A DNA stretch of 64,000 bases from Moniliella sp. 'wahieum' (lineage: Eukaryota). Made by a program: the position numbers and the translations under genes. A model generated the notes under the pieces. It had not been told where the DNA came from. It saw nothing but the letters and a program-made list of their open reading frames with translations, and made no database searches. The DNA lies in NCBI GenBank assembly GCA_003971905.1, contig RSEE01000013.1, positions 496,001-560,000 of the forward strand, read 5' to 3'. This document shows, in pieces, positions 14,216-26,520 of this stretch. Positions within the stretch are counted from its first letter, which is position 1. Every line of letters begins with the position of its first letter.

Positions 14216-15812
14216 GTTGGCGGGGACGACGGCAGCGGCGGAGGCGACGACGAGGCTGAGCTGAGAGCGGATGCTGATGGTGGTCGTCTTCTTGCTTCCG
14301 CCCAGCCGCGTTGGGCCCAGCGGAGGTGTGCGGCCACGGCAGCCCCGTGCCCCGGGCCGGCAGCACCCCGACGCAGCACAGCGCGAGTGTCGTGCCAACC
14401 CTGCACAGGCGCTGCCATGGCGCCAGTGTCGACGCCTGTGCGAGTAGTTGGACACTGGCCCCGTGCCGCCGCATCCTTTGTCGTGTCCAGCTCGGCAGCA
14501 GGCCGCTGCCCACACGGTGCGAGCGCCAGCCAGAGCCCGGGCCAGGCACAGGGGTTGCCTGCGCCTCCGCCTATAACGCATGCGGCGCGTTGTTGTCGAT
14601 GCCAAGCTGGGCCGAGCAGTGGCCGCAGGGATGGAGTACTCAACACTCCACTGGGTGGTCTACTGCACCCACACTCTCATCGCGCCGACGTCGGCATCGC
14701 CTCCGCTCGTTCAGGTGGCCTGGAAGAGTCACAGAAAGCTGTGGTGCACAAACAGGTGGCCTGGAAGAGCCACGGAAGGCTACCAGTGATGCACAAACCT
14801 TCTATAACCGTTTGTGTTAGTTAAACAGTTGTTCTGCCCCCCGCGGAGAAACGGCAAGCAGCCGCCGTGGGCAGAAATGCTTTCTTCGCCAGAAACGAGC
14901 CACGGCTGGAGAGTACCTCTTGCGTTTGATTATCGCACTTTCGTGATCACAACAATCCTTCTCTTTTCGCCCATACCTTCCTAACGACCGTCCCCCCAGC
15001 AGCAGTCCCTTATTGTCCACCGCACAATCACGTTTGCCTCCCTATCTCGGCATGAAGGGGTGGGTTTAGCGTTCCGTTGTGCCGTTGTGGAATGAGTAGG
15101 CTCAACACGTTATTATTGAACGAAATACACAGAAATTTATCTATTCTGCCCAAAGCTTGCCTATATCCTTGATCATTTTTGCCTCTGATTTTCTACCCCT
15201 CACATACAGCGTACTTCCCCTCTCCCCCCCTCCACAAACCCACGCGTATCCGTTCCATCTGAGCACAAATTCCTATCAACTTGACTATTACTGGATCGTC
15301 TCGACCTCTAAATGGGAGGCGCCTAATATAGTACTCTCGGCTCAGGCCTCAGGCTTCAGCCATACTTGTGTGAATACCACCTCCCTCGTCGATGGTCGTT
15401 TATTTGCCATAGTAGGTTCCCGGTAGGTCTCCTCCAGCGTGCTGGATGATGTGACATATGGAAGTCTTACTCATAATGGGCCTGGTAGCATTAGGGAAGT
15501 CGCCCTTTGGGCCTTTTGTCGGGTTCGTCTCCCTCCAGCTGCTGCGAGAACCACGAGTGTCATATAGTTGCTCTTAGTCACACTTCCTCCTGATCTCTTC
15601 TTCTCCCGCTGGCCAATCTTCCATTATGTCCTGCAACTCTGACTTCACCCCAAAGCCAGGTAATCGATGATTTTCCTTGCGTCTTTTCGCCGGCATCGCT
15701 AGCCAAAGAGTCCTACATATAGAGTATCTCATTACTTTCCTGTCCGGCTGACTGGTGCACTTGACCGAAGAACTGTCTGTTTGGGGCCCTCTATCTCTAT
15801 ACTGTAACCGTG

Positions 15813-16180
15813 TCATTATTGGCAGAATTTAAGGCTGTGGAACAAAGAGACGCTGTGCCCAAACCGACCCGCTCATCCAGCATGTGTTACTTGTTGGCAC
15901 CAAACCCGTTGAAGGGAACCCAGGGGGATCGCCACAGCAGATCAGGATCCTCTGGTGCCGGCCATCCATTCCCATATACCCGAGCTATTGCGCTTCTGGT
16001 TACGGACGAACGTGGGAGAGGTCAGAGTGTGGGTGGCCATCTCCATCGAGACTCAGTAGTGAATATTTCCAGTGCCCAAACATCTTACTGGCCGTCTTGG
16101 TGGCATATAGTACCATCGCGTCGTGAGAACCAAGAGGAAGAAAGGTTCTTGGGTGCATCCCTGGTACTTGGCGTTCTTGT
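15813..16180 (-). mobile_element. Degenerate 3' fragment of the REL non-LTR family (copy B)
   Basis: Minus strand AAGAACGCCAAGTACCAGGGATGCACCCAAGAACCTTTCTTC...CTCACGACGCGA...GGCGATCCCCCTGG...CAGCCTTAAATTCTGCCAAT aligns by eye to about 61913-62260. Encodes KNAKYQG..QEPFF.LVLTTR. Confidence 0.75.
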
Positions 16181-19100
16181 TGTGATCTAAGCTTCTCGTT
16201 CTCGTTGTGAGATTCTCTACTCATAATGCCTTTTACGTTTCTTGCTGAGGATGTGGAGGGAAATCTCTGCCCTCGATTTACTTTGAGCCTTTCTGGCTTT
16301 GACTGTTCCCGTGCCTGACTGTCATGAGTGTGGAACGTTTTCCTACTTGCTCTGTGCTTCTTTCTGAGAGCCACAGTGATCTCGATTCATTTCCCCTTTT
16401 TCGTTTCGTGTCGTGTCTATTCCATATATATAAATCCTGCCTATATAACCCTGATGTATTCATGTTACTTCCCCCCTATTATAGCCGGTCATGTCGTTTA
16501 TTCGTCTCTTCCTTTCGTCTTCTTTGAGTCGTCTTTCTTTCGTCCTTCGTCCTTGTGCAACATCCTTTGCCAATCCATCCTTGTGACCTACCACGAAACC
16601 CCGTCTTACTTTTCCTTCACCAGCAGTCCCGCCGACTTGATTCGCAAGGCCCCCTCTTGCTCTTTCCATATCCTGTCAACGGGGAATCCATTGTCGGCGA
16701 TCTCCAGCTTTCAGCCTCTCCTCTGTATACGGATGCCGTGGCGATCCTACATCAGTTGAGTTGTTCCGTGACAGGACCTATCCTACCCTGCCTTTGCCTG
16801 CGGCAAAACCTTCCAACCAACCCTTCAGGATTGCATTCTGGTTTCCTGCTGTAGAACGGTCTCCTTTGTAGAGACTACTATCACCACCACAATTTCCTGT
16901 CTACATCCCCCATTCATGATCTACGTGTTGCTTCCCTTTTAGCATCCCTGTCACTCAATGCAATGGTTCGTGGGTCCGCCCCTCGACGATTCATCGATGG
17001 CGTCCCCACATTCGTCAATTGATACGGTATATACAAGCAACTCCTCTTTTAATTGCCTCATATGCTCTTCTCCTCCACTTCGCCTCTCAGCATATACGTA
17101 TCTTTTAGTTCCAACTCATCCGCCTCAGTGTTCGGCTTTCCCGTATCCAATCCGTGGAGCTTCCATCAGTCCAACAGCGTTTAGTCTCACAGCTCCAACG
17201 TCAGTTCCCGCGCTTCAGACCAAAAGTCCAGGCGCGTTGTCTTCCATTGCATCTTCTCCCCCATCTCTCCAAAAACACGAAGGGCTTCAGACACGTCACT
17301 GCTGCTCTCCGCGCGAGTTTAATTAGTACAATCCTCGGGAGCTCACAGAATGGTTGACTCACTAAGATGTTGGTGCTTGGGCTTAGTATAGTGGTTCTGA
17401 GAGGAACTACGAGGGACGAAAAGGAAAGTTCCTTCGGCATATATTGCAAAGGCGGAAGGTTATCTGGCAAAGGTGCGTCTGCACTGTCTTTTGGGCAGTG
17501 GTAACGTAGCTGAAGCCATCCGGACTTGGGGACGGGAGGAGAGGCAGCAGGGGGAGAAAAGCTGCCCTGACAGGGAGATTGGAGCGGGAACCGAGACTAA
17601 ATAGCTGAAACTGCTCCGGGAGGGACTGAAAGCTGTTGAGACTGGGAGCTGGAAAGACGGGAACTGAGCGACTGGGGGAAGCCGTATAGCTGAGGATGGG
17701 TCCCTGGTGGGAAGCGAAGAAAATGTGGAGAGCATAAGCAAATAAGAAGTGGAGGAGACTTGCCTATTATAGTATTGTGTGCATTAACGAAGACGGGGGA
17801 GGTGGAAACAGAGACGCCAATGGATCTTCATGGGGGAAAACCGCGCATTCTATCAAAGAAAATATTGCATATACAGGCAGTGTTTAAAGGGGAAACAACT
17901 CACAGTAGAAGGAAAACGCAGAAACGTAAGGGAGAAAAGTCTGCTGTCTCGCGGGGGACGAGGGAACAAACGCGCAAGGCCAGCCGAGTCCCTCAATCGG
18001 AGAGTACAGCGTGGTGATGTTCGAAATAAAAGGCAAACAGGCAGGAGGCGACTGCCCTCGCCAAAAGTATGTATAGGGTATGTGACCACCTCTCGTGTGT
18101 GCCATCGGAGATGGTACACGACCACTGGACGATCATGATTAGATTGGGGTCGGGAACGAGCCCGTTTAGCGTCCGGACCGGGAATAAGGGCTATAGGCCC
18201 GACGGTGGACCAGGCCGAGCAAAGATAACTAAGGAAGCGCGCAGGCACCGCCGGGATCATCACCGATCCGTCTTGGCCCGGACCCCATCCGGTTCTTCTG
18301 TAGAAATGAAGGAGTGATGCCTATCCGTGCGCACATCTCTCCATTCCATGATAAAGCTATCTCGATAGGGGCACCCGTTCCACCTCCTATCGTTTTTTGG
18401 ACATACTTTCGGCGCCATGCGGGACACCCTGCCTGGGCCGACCAAACTCGGAGTAATGGCTGGAGATGTTGTTTGGCACGCTCTCCTTCTTTCGGTTTGG
18501 TTGGATACCACCCAAAAAGATTCTTGTTCATACGCCTCTTCCTTTTCTTCAGTCGATTAATTCGCACGTCCTCTCCTTCCTGCGCTCGTCAGACACGAGA
18601 GTGAAAGCCTTCTTTTGGTCGGCGGGAACGGAAGTGGATTTGGCAGCTCTCATTGCCCGCCGTTCAACGCTCGCCTGCTCATCTGAGAGCTGTAAGAGAG
18701 TGCGGGCTCCGTTGCCACAAGGAGCAAAAATGTCCGCCGCGCGCATTGCTGCATAGGGGCCACTAGGATTGGAAGGGATCGGCATGCTCCACCGGCTCGC
18801 CAGCCGCGGCCGTACATACAACAACAAGCATTATAATCGATCGACTTCAAAGTCGAAGGAGAATTATCTCTGTGTGCCCAAAACAGATAAGGATGGTACA
18901 ACAACACACGCTGCCTCAAGCGGCCTCAGTACTGATAACAGGCCCAGGCATCGGGGCCTCATCAAAATGTCTATCCAACACAAAGCGTATCAAGGCAGGC
19001 ACACCCTGTGGCACACCACACTCCTCTGCCACCAAATAATGCCCTCACGCATGAGTCAATTACTCTCAACGTACTTTCAGCAAGGAATACTTTCAGCAGG

Positions 19101-20863
19101 CAATGGAGGCCTGATTAATGATTGGCCTGATTACCGGTTATCCTGAGGCCCGAGTTACGAAGTGTAGCAGAACGTAGCGTATGGCTCGTATGGATATGGG
19201 CCCCTGAGTTGCTATTCTTTTTTAATCTCTGCTAGGCACATTCCGCTCTACGCTGTGGGGGGCAACACTTGCCCTGTGCGCAACGGCCGATCACTGGTCG
19301 CCGATCACCCTCGGCTCCCGTTCCGGCGATGCAGCGCCAAGCTAGGCCTCAAACTCTCAGATCTCAGATCTCAGATTTCAAGCGAAGCTTGGAGCTTGAA
19401 AATTGAAGCCGCCAAGCCTCTCAAAAAAGCCTCACCGGTCACGCGCACGGCCAGACAACGCCAGACACCACCACATCTTATCAGTCCTCAGGCTGAGGCC
19501 TCAGGGAAGCACACTGGCCCGGTGTGCTTATCGTTCCTTAGGCCGGGGGTCTGAGACTCCACGCTGAGCGTCCGATGGTGGTCAGGCTATATTCCCGTAA
19601 CTGTGGCCAGGTGCCAAAGGGCCAGTTTTGGTTGTCCGGTTGGCTCGCTTTATGCCACGGGGGCAGTTAAGAGTATCCCCGGGGATACACCCGGGCCGCC
19701 GTTGGAAACTTTGAGCGGTGTTGGGGTTACGAGGGTGCGTCCCGCATGTTCCTCCATGTGTCTGCCCGTTAGCGGGGGGAAGGCTGCGGAGGAGTGCGAC
19801 TGGGCAGTACTTTCTGGCGCCTACTGGGGCACTGCGGACATACCCCCCAAGCGCGCGCGAGGCCTCTTCTGTGCCTAACCCTTCTCTCCCTCCTGTGCTG
19901 ACCATTATCGCGGGCTCTTGGCTTCCCTCAATATCTCAATCCTTCGTTAGGTCTTAGGTCTTAGGCCCTTCCCGCTCTTATCGTCTGGTGTGATACTCGC
20001 CACAATCCTAGGTGTGGTTAGTAGGATCCACGGCGCAACACCGTCCGCGCTCAGTGCCCCGGCGCGTGGTGGCAGCCTGCAGCATGGTCCCCTGTTTCGC
20101 TTGCGACTATCAAAGTTTCGAGGGCAGCCCAGGCCAGCACCAACCCAGCCTCAGATCCTTCCTGGCAGTACAGCAGTATCATGTCTTGTTCCGTGGGCTG
20201 GGCACTGCAGTCGAGTGTCCTCTAGTGCTCAGCGCCCCTGCAGACAGGCGCTGTGAAGCGACAAGCCCTGCCCACGCAGGGGCCAAGGAGGAATCCGTGG
20301 CGGGAAGGTGGCACGAGGGCAGCGAAAGACCCGCCAGAGCTGCGGCAGGCCGCCGTGGCTGTGGCGTCTTTGCTGGGTGCGGGCTGGCAGGAACCAGCTG
20401 GTACAAGTGCTCCTCCGCGCTGGCGCACTAGGCCCTAGGGCCAGGCGCTAGATACTCCACGTGACTATTGTGACTAGTGACTGGATGGCTAAGTGACCAG
20501 TGAGTGCGACAAGAGTGGCCCCGGGTGGCCCTCGCCGAAGGAACGCCTGAATCTCAGGGCGAAACACTCGAGAGCGAGGCTCTTCCATTGCGAGCCCAGA
20601 ACCCAACGCCAGGCACAGAAACAGCAGGCATTTTTTCTTTGGCTCGCCCCCCCCCGCGCTACCGAACCCACTCCAGTGCGGGATAGCAAACGCGCAGGAG
20701 CCAGCCCGGCCTTTTTTAAGCCGAGCGCGTAGCCCCTCTGTCGCTTGTTTTTGCGTCCCTTTGGCCTCTCCTTCTTTCTCCGCCACCTCCTCCCTTTCTG
20801 AGCTCCCTGCTCCGACCATATCTTCCCCGTCGTGAACGTTGAACCTCCTTGCGCGTCTCCGCC

Positions 20864-22542
20864 ATGAGTCTCCACTCGTCCGACATCGAGAAGACACCCA
20901 CCGCCGGTTTCGCTCACCCGGACAGCAAGCAAGTGTACTCTGATGAAAAGGACGCCATCAACGATCAGATTGATGTCGCTTCTTACAGCAACCCCAGCGA
21001 AGAGGACCCTGACAATGCAACACCCGACATCCACTTGCCGGACAATGGTTTTGGTCGGTTCATTGGCACCGTTGGTCGTTACAACAACCGAAAAATCGAG
21101 AAGTTACTTGGCATCGAGGCCCGTGGCATTCAGCGTGTCAAGGCAAACGAACGTACCGACCCGCATTTGTACGGTAACCTGATGGTCTGGCTGGCTGCAA
21201 ACTGCACATTGCCCACAGTGTCGATTGGTGTATTGGGCCCGTTCGTCTTCGGGATGCATCTCGGCGACTGTCTCCTCACCATTGCTTTCATCTGCCTCTT
21301 CGCCGGCTGCTTGCCGGCCTACTGTGCCACTTTTGGTCCTAGGCTCGGCTTGCGCCAGATGACATCCTCCCGGTTCTCGTGGGGGTACTATGGCGCCAAA
21401 TTTGTCGCCCTGCTCAATTGCATGGCTTGCGTCGGTTGGTCCATCAGCAACACCATCGCCGGTGCTCAGACACTATCGGCTGTGGCGGATTTTAAGGGCG
21501 CCTTTACTTCGGGTGCGGTAGGAGTGGTTATCATTGCCATCATTACTCTTGTGGTGGGGCTGTTTGGCTACCGTGTGGTGCACTGGTACGAGCAGATTGC
21601 TTGGTTCCCTACGGCCGTTACCCTGCTGGTCATGCTGGGCGTCAGTGCCAAGCACTTTGTCTCTCAACCCATGATGACTGGCACGGCCGAGGCGGGTTCG
21701 GTCCTGAGCTTTGCCGGTACAATTTGGGGCTTTGTCATTGGCTGGGTTTCGCTCGCGTCGGATTACAATGTGTACATGCCAGAGGACGCTTCGCGCAAGC
21801 GAATCTTCTTCTACACCTATGCAGGTGTCGTCACTCCCTGCATATTGCTCATGTGGCTTGGCAGCGCAATCGCCAGCGCCGCCATCAGCGTCGCCGACGC
21901 AGACGGCAACATTCTTCCCAACGCCAGTCCCACGTTGGTCAAGTGGTACCACGGTTATGAGGATGAGGAGTTGGGCGGTTTGTTGCGCGCGGTGCTGGTG
22001 GGGCCGATGGGCGGGGGAGGCAAGTTCTTCATGGTTCTCCTCGTGCTTTCGGTTGTGGCCAACAACATTGTGAATGTGTACTCGATGGGTCTTTCCATTT
22101 CAGTCATCTCCCACTGCCTCGCTGCCCTGCCCCGTTTGATTTGGCCCATCATTGTCACGGCCATCTACATTCCGCTTGCGATTGTAGGATACCACTCCTT
22201 TGCCTCGACCTTGGAAGACTTTATGGCGATTCTGGGCTACTGGCTGGCCATCTTTGTCACGGTCCTACTGGAAGAACACTTCATCTTCCGGGCAATAACT
22301 TTGCCAACTACCATGTGGAGAACTCGTGGAACAACAAACGCAAGTTGCCCATTGGCTTCGGCGCTCTGGGTGCCTTCTGCTTTGGTGCTGCCGGTGTGGC
22401 TGTAGGCATGAGCCAAGTGTGGTACACCGGCCCCATTGCCAAAACGTTTGGCGGCGACATTGGGTTTGAGTTGGCCTCGGGCTTTTCCGGACTCGCCTAC
22501 CCTGTCTTCCGCTACCTTGAGATCAGGTACCTGGGACGCTGA
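20864..22542 (+). CDS. FCY2: Purine-cytosine permease (NCS1 family, FCY2/FCY21/TPN1-like)
   Basis: Motifs GIEARGIQRV, FGPRLGLRQM..SRFSWG, SDYNVYMP, GMSQVWYTGPIA, GDIGFEL; about 12 hydrophobic helices. One 1-nt deletion in a G run near 22290 (FIFR|GNNF). Confidence 0.9.
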
Positions 22543-23830
22543 AAGTTGTGCCTATATCCCTTCACGCCTTGCGTTTCCGTCCTCTTTCTCCCCTCTGATG
22601 GGTAGAGACAGAGGTTTGTGGGTCATCTCCTGGGTCGTGTACAGTGGGACGCGTTGCCCCCCCCGTCGGCTTTTTAGCCCTTGTAGCAGGTTGTTGACCT
22701 AGGTCTTGCCTGCATGCACTTTCGCTCCTCTCTACTTGTCACGATACGCGTCACGGTCCTCGTATCATATATTCCGGTCTGTGTATATCTGCACTTAATT
22801 GTGATACTCTCGCTGAGGATGCCACCGCCCCCTTTCACAGGTCAGTAGACTCCATTTGGAAGCCGTCAATAGATAGGGAGAGCACCTTATTCCACCAAAC
22901 GATACCAGCCTGGCCAGCGACAGGCTCCCTTCGAGGCTTGACAGGGTGCACGTATATAATATGCGGTCCCGACGGAAGAGACAACGAGAGAAATGAGAGG
23001 CGTGGAACAGAAGAAACGAAAGATGCTAATCCACTAATGCACTGAGGCTCTGTCGGAGGATCTACCAAAGAGCCAGCCGTCCTGTTGATTCACTTGTAAC
23101 TACGCAAAAGAAAAACAGCCATTCTTGCTTCAGGTCTCCCCCGCGTGTGAGTCCTGGCAATGTGAGAAGAAAATGCATTTGGTCTCTTCTGGACAAGCGG
23201 TGGCTTCGGCCACCGTCATCGGTTGCACCGATATGCGACGCGGCCCGGCGGTCCAACAGGCCTGGAACAAGATGGGTGCATGTGCCGTTGGTCCAGAGCT
23301 TACAGACGAGCTGGCAGCAGACACCACCACACAGAAAGACGAACGAGACTCATATTCTGTTGAGCCATCAGGTGGCTCGTGCTTGGCCAATGTCCTTTCA
23401 GTTCCTCCTCAGGCCTAGGAGTTCCGTTGTTTTTCTCTCCTGTTTTTCCTTGTTCCGCAGCTTAGCCCCTGGTGGCGACTCGCTGCTTGATGTTCCTCTG
23501 TAGGCGTTGCTGGTTGGCTTAGACCGCCACCACCACCACCACTAGTGCGATTGCATCACCCTCGAGGACCATCTGGACTCCAGGTCTCATCATATTCCCC
23601 ACGTTGCCCCCCCCACGAATTGCCCTGGGAGGCTATAGCAACAACTGTGTGCCGATACATACGAACTTCTAGAAAGTGATGCGAAGACTAATTTCATTTT
23701 CGTCAACAGAAAGGTGGAAGGTCAGATCTCAGAGCCTGTCGGAAGCGGATAGGCCGTGTTGTTCCAAGAAGTCCGCTTGTCTAGGACGCATAATAAGCCG
23801 GACTGGTTCATAGGAAGTGTTGAACCATAG

Positions 23831-23911
23831 GGACGGCTGGCGCAATGGTAGCGCGTCTGACTACGACTGGTTGTAATCAGGAGGTTGCAGGTTCGACCCC
23901 TGCGTCGTTCG
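23831..23911 (+). tRNA. tRNA-Arg(ACG) with 9-nt intron (23867-23875)
   Basis: Acceptor stem GGACGGC/GTCGTTC, A-box TGGCGCAATGG, anticodon arm TCTGA-CT-ACG-A[intron]A-TCAGG, T-loop GGTTCGACCC. 72 nt after splicing; T-run terminator near 23930. Confidence 0.92.
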
Positions 23912-24628
23912 ACCCGACAGGGCGTCCTATTTTTACCGCTGTGGCCAATGGCATCACGCATCAAACGTTCAGAGCTCCATCAGCGCATCAGCTCCGCCCA
24001 CCCATCGACCATCGCTCATCGAGGTTGAGCATATCATGATCAACCCACAGTTGTGGAACCCGCACGAAATGGCAGCCGTTGAAGCGGCCCTCGTGATGCT
24101 TGAGCAAACAACGCGTCCGTGCTCGGGTCATGGTTGAAGTTTCCGCTACCAAACGAATGCCTCCCAGGTGTCCAGGTCATATAAGATGATGAATTGATGC
24201 CATCCCCCCGGCATCGAGGGACGTTGATGTTGATGAGATATCAGAGTGGGGCTGAGAAAAGGACCCTGAGGTTTGACGGGACAGAGATCTGTATGTTATG
24301 CAGGCCAAAAAAGGTATTTGGGGAAGAGGGGTACACCAGGTCAAATGAACACAGGGACATAAGGGACGGTTCTGTGCAACGGAAGAGAGGAGAGGCGAAT
24401 CCAAAACGCTACAAGACAGGGCCCGAAGAACAAAAGGAAGAGTGCAATGGTATCTTTACTGGTTGCAGCAAGGCAAGACATGTGTGCGCCACGGTGTGCG
24501 AGGCCGTAAAGGAAAATAGAGGCAGGAGGAGAGCGGGCGCGAGGGAATATCAGCAAGGGGAGGTTAAGCGTCCCATATGACGTAGGCGCATCTTACTCTG
24601 CCCCCAGAAGGTGGAGAGGACAGCCGGC

Positions 24629-26520
24629 TCACCTGGCGGAGGAGATGGTGGGCGGGATGGTAGGGGTCATCCATAGTTCGGGATGGGGGCGGAGTTTGTC
24701 CCGCACCAAACTAGTGGGGTTCGAGTCCGCCTGAGTGTGGGATAGGAGCGATGGCTCACTACCCTTGTTGGCCTCGCATCCCACCCCATCCACCTCGACG
24801 GCCGGTGGAACGCGTGCATCGTCCAATGGAGTCGCGATGCTCGTCGCGCATTCGGTCGAGGCGGGGGAGACAGCTAGTGTGGCAGAGGGCATTGGCGTAG
24901 GGGTGGGGGTCGAGCAAGGGGTGGGCTTGGCTGTTGCCAGCTCCATCGTCAAACTTGCACCCGTCGCCTCGGACGCAAGCGCACCCATTCGGCCCGCATG
25001 GCGTCTTGGTGGGCTTGGAACACCTCCATCATCTCCCCACGCTGGGTGGTGTGCTCGACCAGGTCAAACTCGGTAAATACAACGGGCGGGGTCCAAGCGG
25101 CCGAAGATTCAGCGTAGGATGCGAGCCAAGGCTGCTCGAGCGCCTGGGCGGCCGTCATACGCTCACTGGGCTCCCAAGTGAGCAGACGCGCCACCAGGTC
25201 GATCGCTAACGGATCGCACTCGGGCGGGAAGAGGGGCGCCAGCTCGGTTGCAGGGCGGGGGCCCCACGACGCAACGTGGCTCCGGGCAGAAGCCGAGGAA
25301 GACTTGGCCAATGTTGCTGACGGGGGACTCCCTAACAGCCGGGTAATGCACTGGAGTTGGTCCAGATAATCCTTGCCCGGGAACAACGGACGTCCCAGTA
25401 ACAGCTCGGCCAGGATACAGCCGACAGCCCACATGTCCATCTCGGGGCCGTATCCTTCGCGGAACTGGAGCAGCACTTCGGGAGCACGGTACCACCGCGT
25501 GGCCACTGGCCCGAAAGCGGTTCTCCAGGTACACAAGCCGGGTCGCTTGCTTCTGCGACGGCACACGGACATTCAACCGTGGAGGAGTAAGGGGGGCGGT
25601 ATGTACAGCCGGAGCTGAGGTAGGGTTTTTGGGGGGCACTTTGGAGCGAAGGGAAATTTCGTCGTCACTGTGGACTGAGCGAAGGGGCGAAAGAGACGGG
25701 CGAGGGACATTGCATTCGTCCTCTAAGGGCGTGTCGGACCACGCACGAGCTAGACCATAGTCGCAAATTCGCAAAGCACAATCGGCGTTGACCAACACAT
25801 TGGTGGGCTTGAGATCGCGGTGAACAATGTGAGCGGCATGCACGTACCGTACCCCGCGAAGTAGCTGCACTGCAAATATTGGAGATGCGCATTGCTGAGC
25901 GTCTGACCAGAGCGGATGATCTGTGCCAGGGTGGCCTCCGAGGGAGCCATAATAAGATAGATCTCGTCCCACTCGACAAATGTGGCGTCAAAGTCAAGAA
26001 GGACGGTGGAATTGTCGCAAAAGCTCAGATGACGAGGATGGCCACCTCACGCAACGCATGGCGTGCAATCCCACGATTGCTGAAGACGCGACTCATCTTC
26101 TTGATGCTGCGGCAAGGTGATAGTTAGATGAAAAGGTCTAACAAGACAAGGGAGAAGAGAGAGAACGTACGCAACCGTTACATCCAAAACCGAATCGTGG
26201 GCCAGGGCCACACAGCCATAGGAGCCAACGCCCAGTGCCCGGACAAAGGAATAGCGCTGATGGACCCGAAATGGGACGCCTAGGCATTCAAAAGTGGTAA
26301 CCCATCTGAGCCAGGCGTTCCGGTGCGAAGGGACGAAAAGCGGATCGGCCTGATGAGGGACGCCGCGGGACGGAGGAAGGGGGTCAAGGTGTGCGAGAGC
26401 CGAGGGGGCAGGGCCTTTCTTGGGGGGCGGAGGAGTGTGGACCAGCGGGCGGCGACGGACATGGGACCGGCGGCGCGGGAGCAGGACGGGTGTGGTGCTG
26501 GCAGAGGGTGGGGGGCTCAT
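24629..26520 (-). CDS. MAP kinase, Slt2/Mpk2-like, with long activation-loop insert
   Basis: [14 protein letters not shown] (intron 26107-26170), [68 protein letters not shown]. Several indels; 3' end uncertain (24949 or 24629). Confidence 0.85.

Noticed and set aside
16050..16110. DVWAL kinase-subdomain-like peptide on the minus strand
   Set aside because: It is an alternative frame of retroelement copy B.
17000..17480. Possible further REL-element relic on the minus strand (CNIC..., KH, LKPF motifs)
   Set aside because: Too degenerate to align confidently by eye; needs a profile search.
23936..23965. tRNA-like start (GCTGTGGCCAATGG) downstream of tRNA-Arg
   Set aside because: No T-arm or acceptor-stem partner found.
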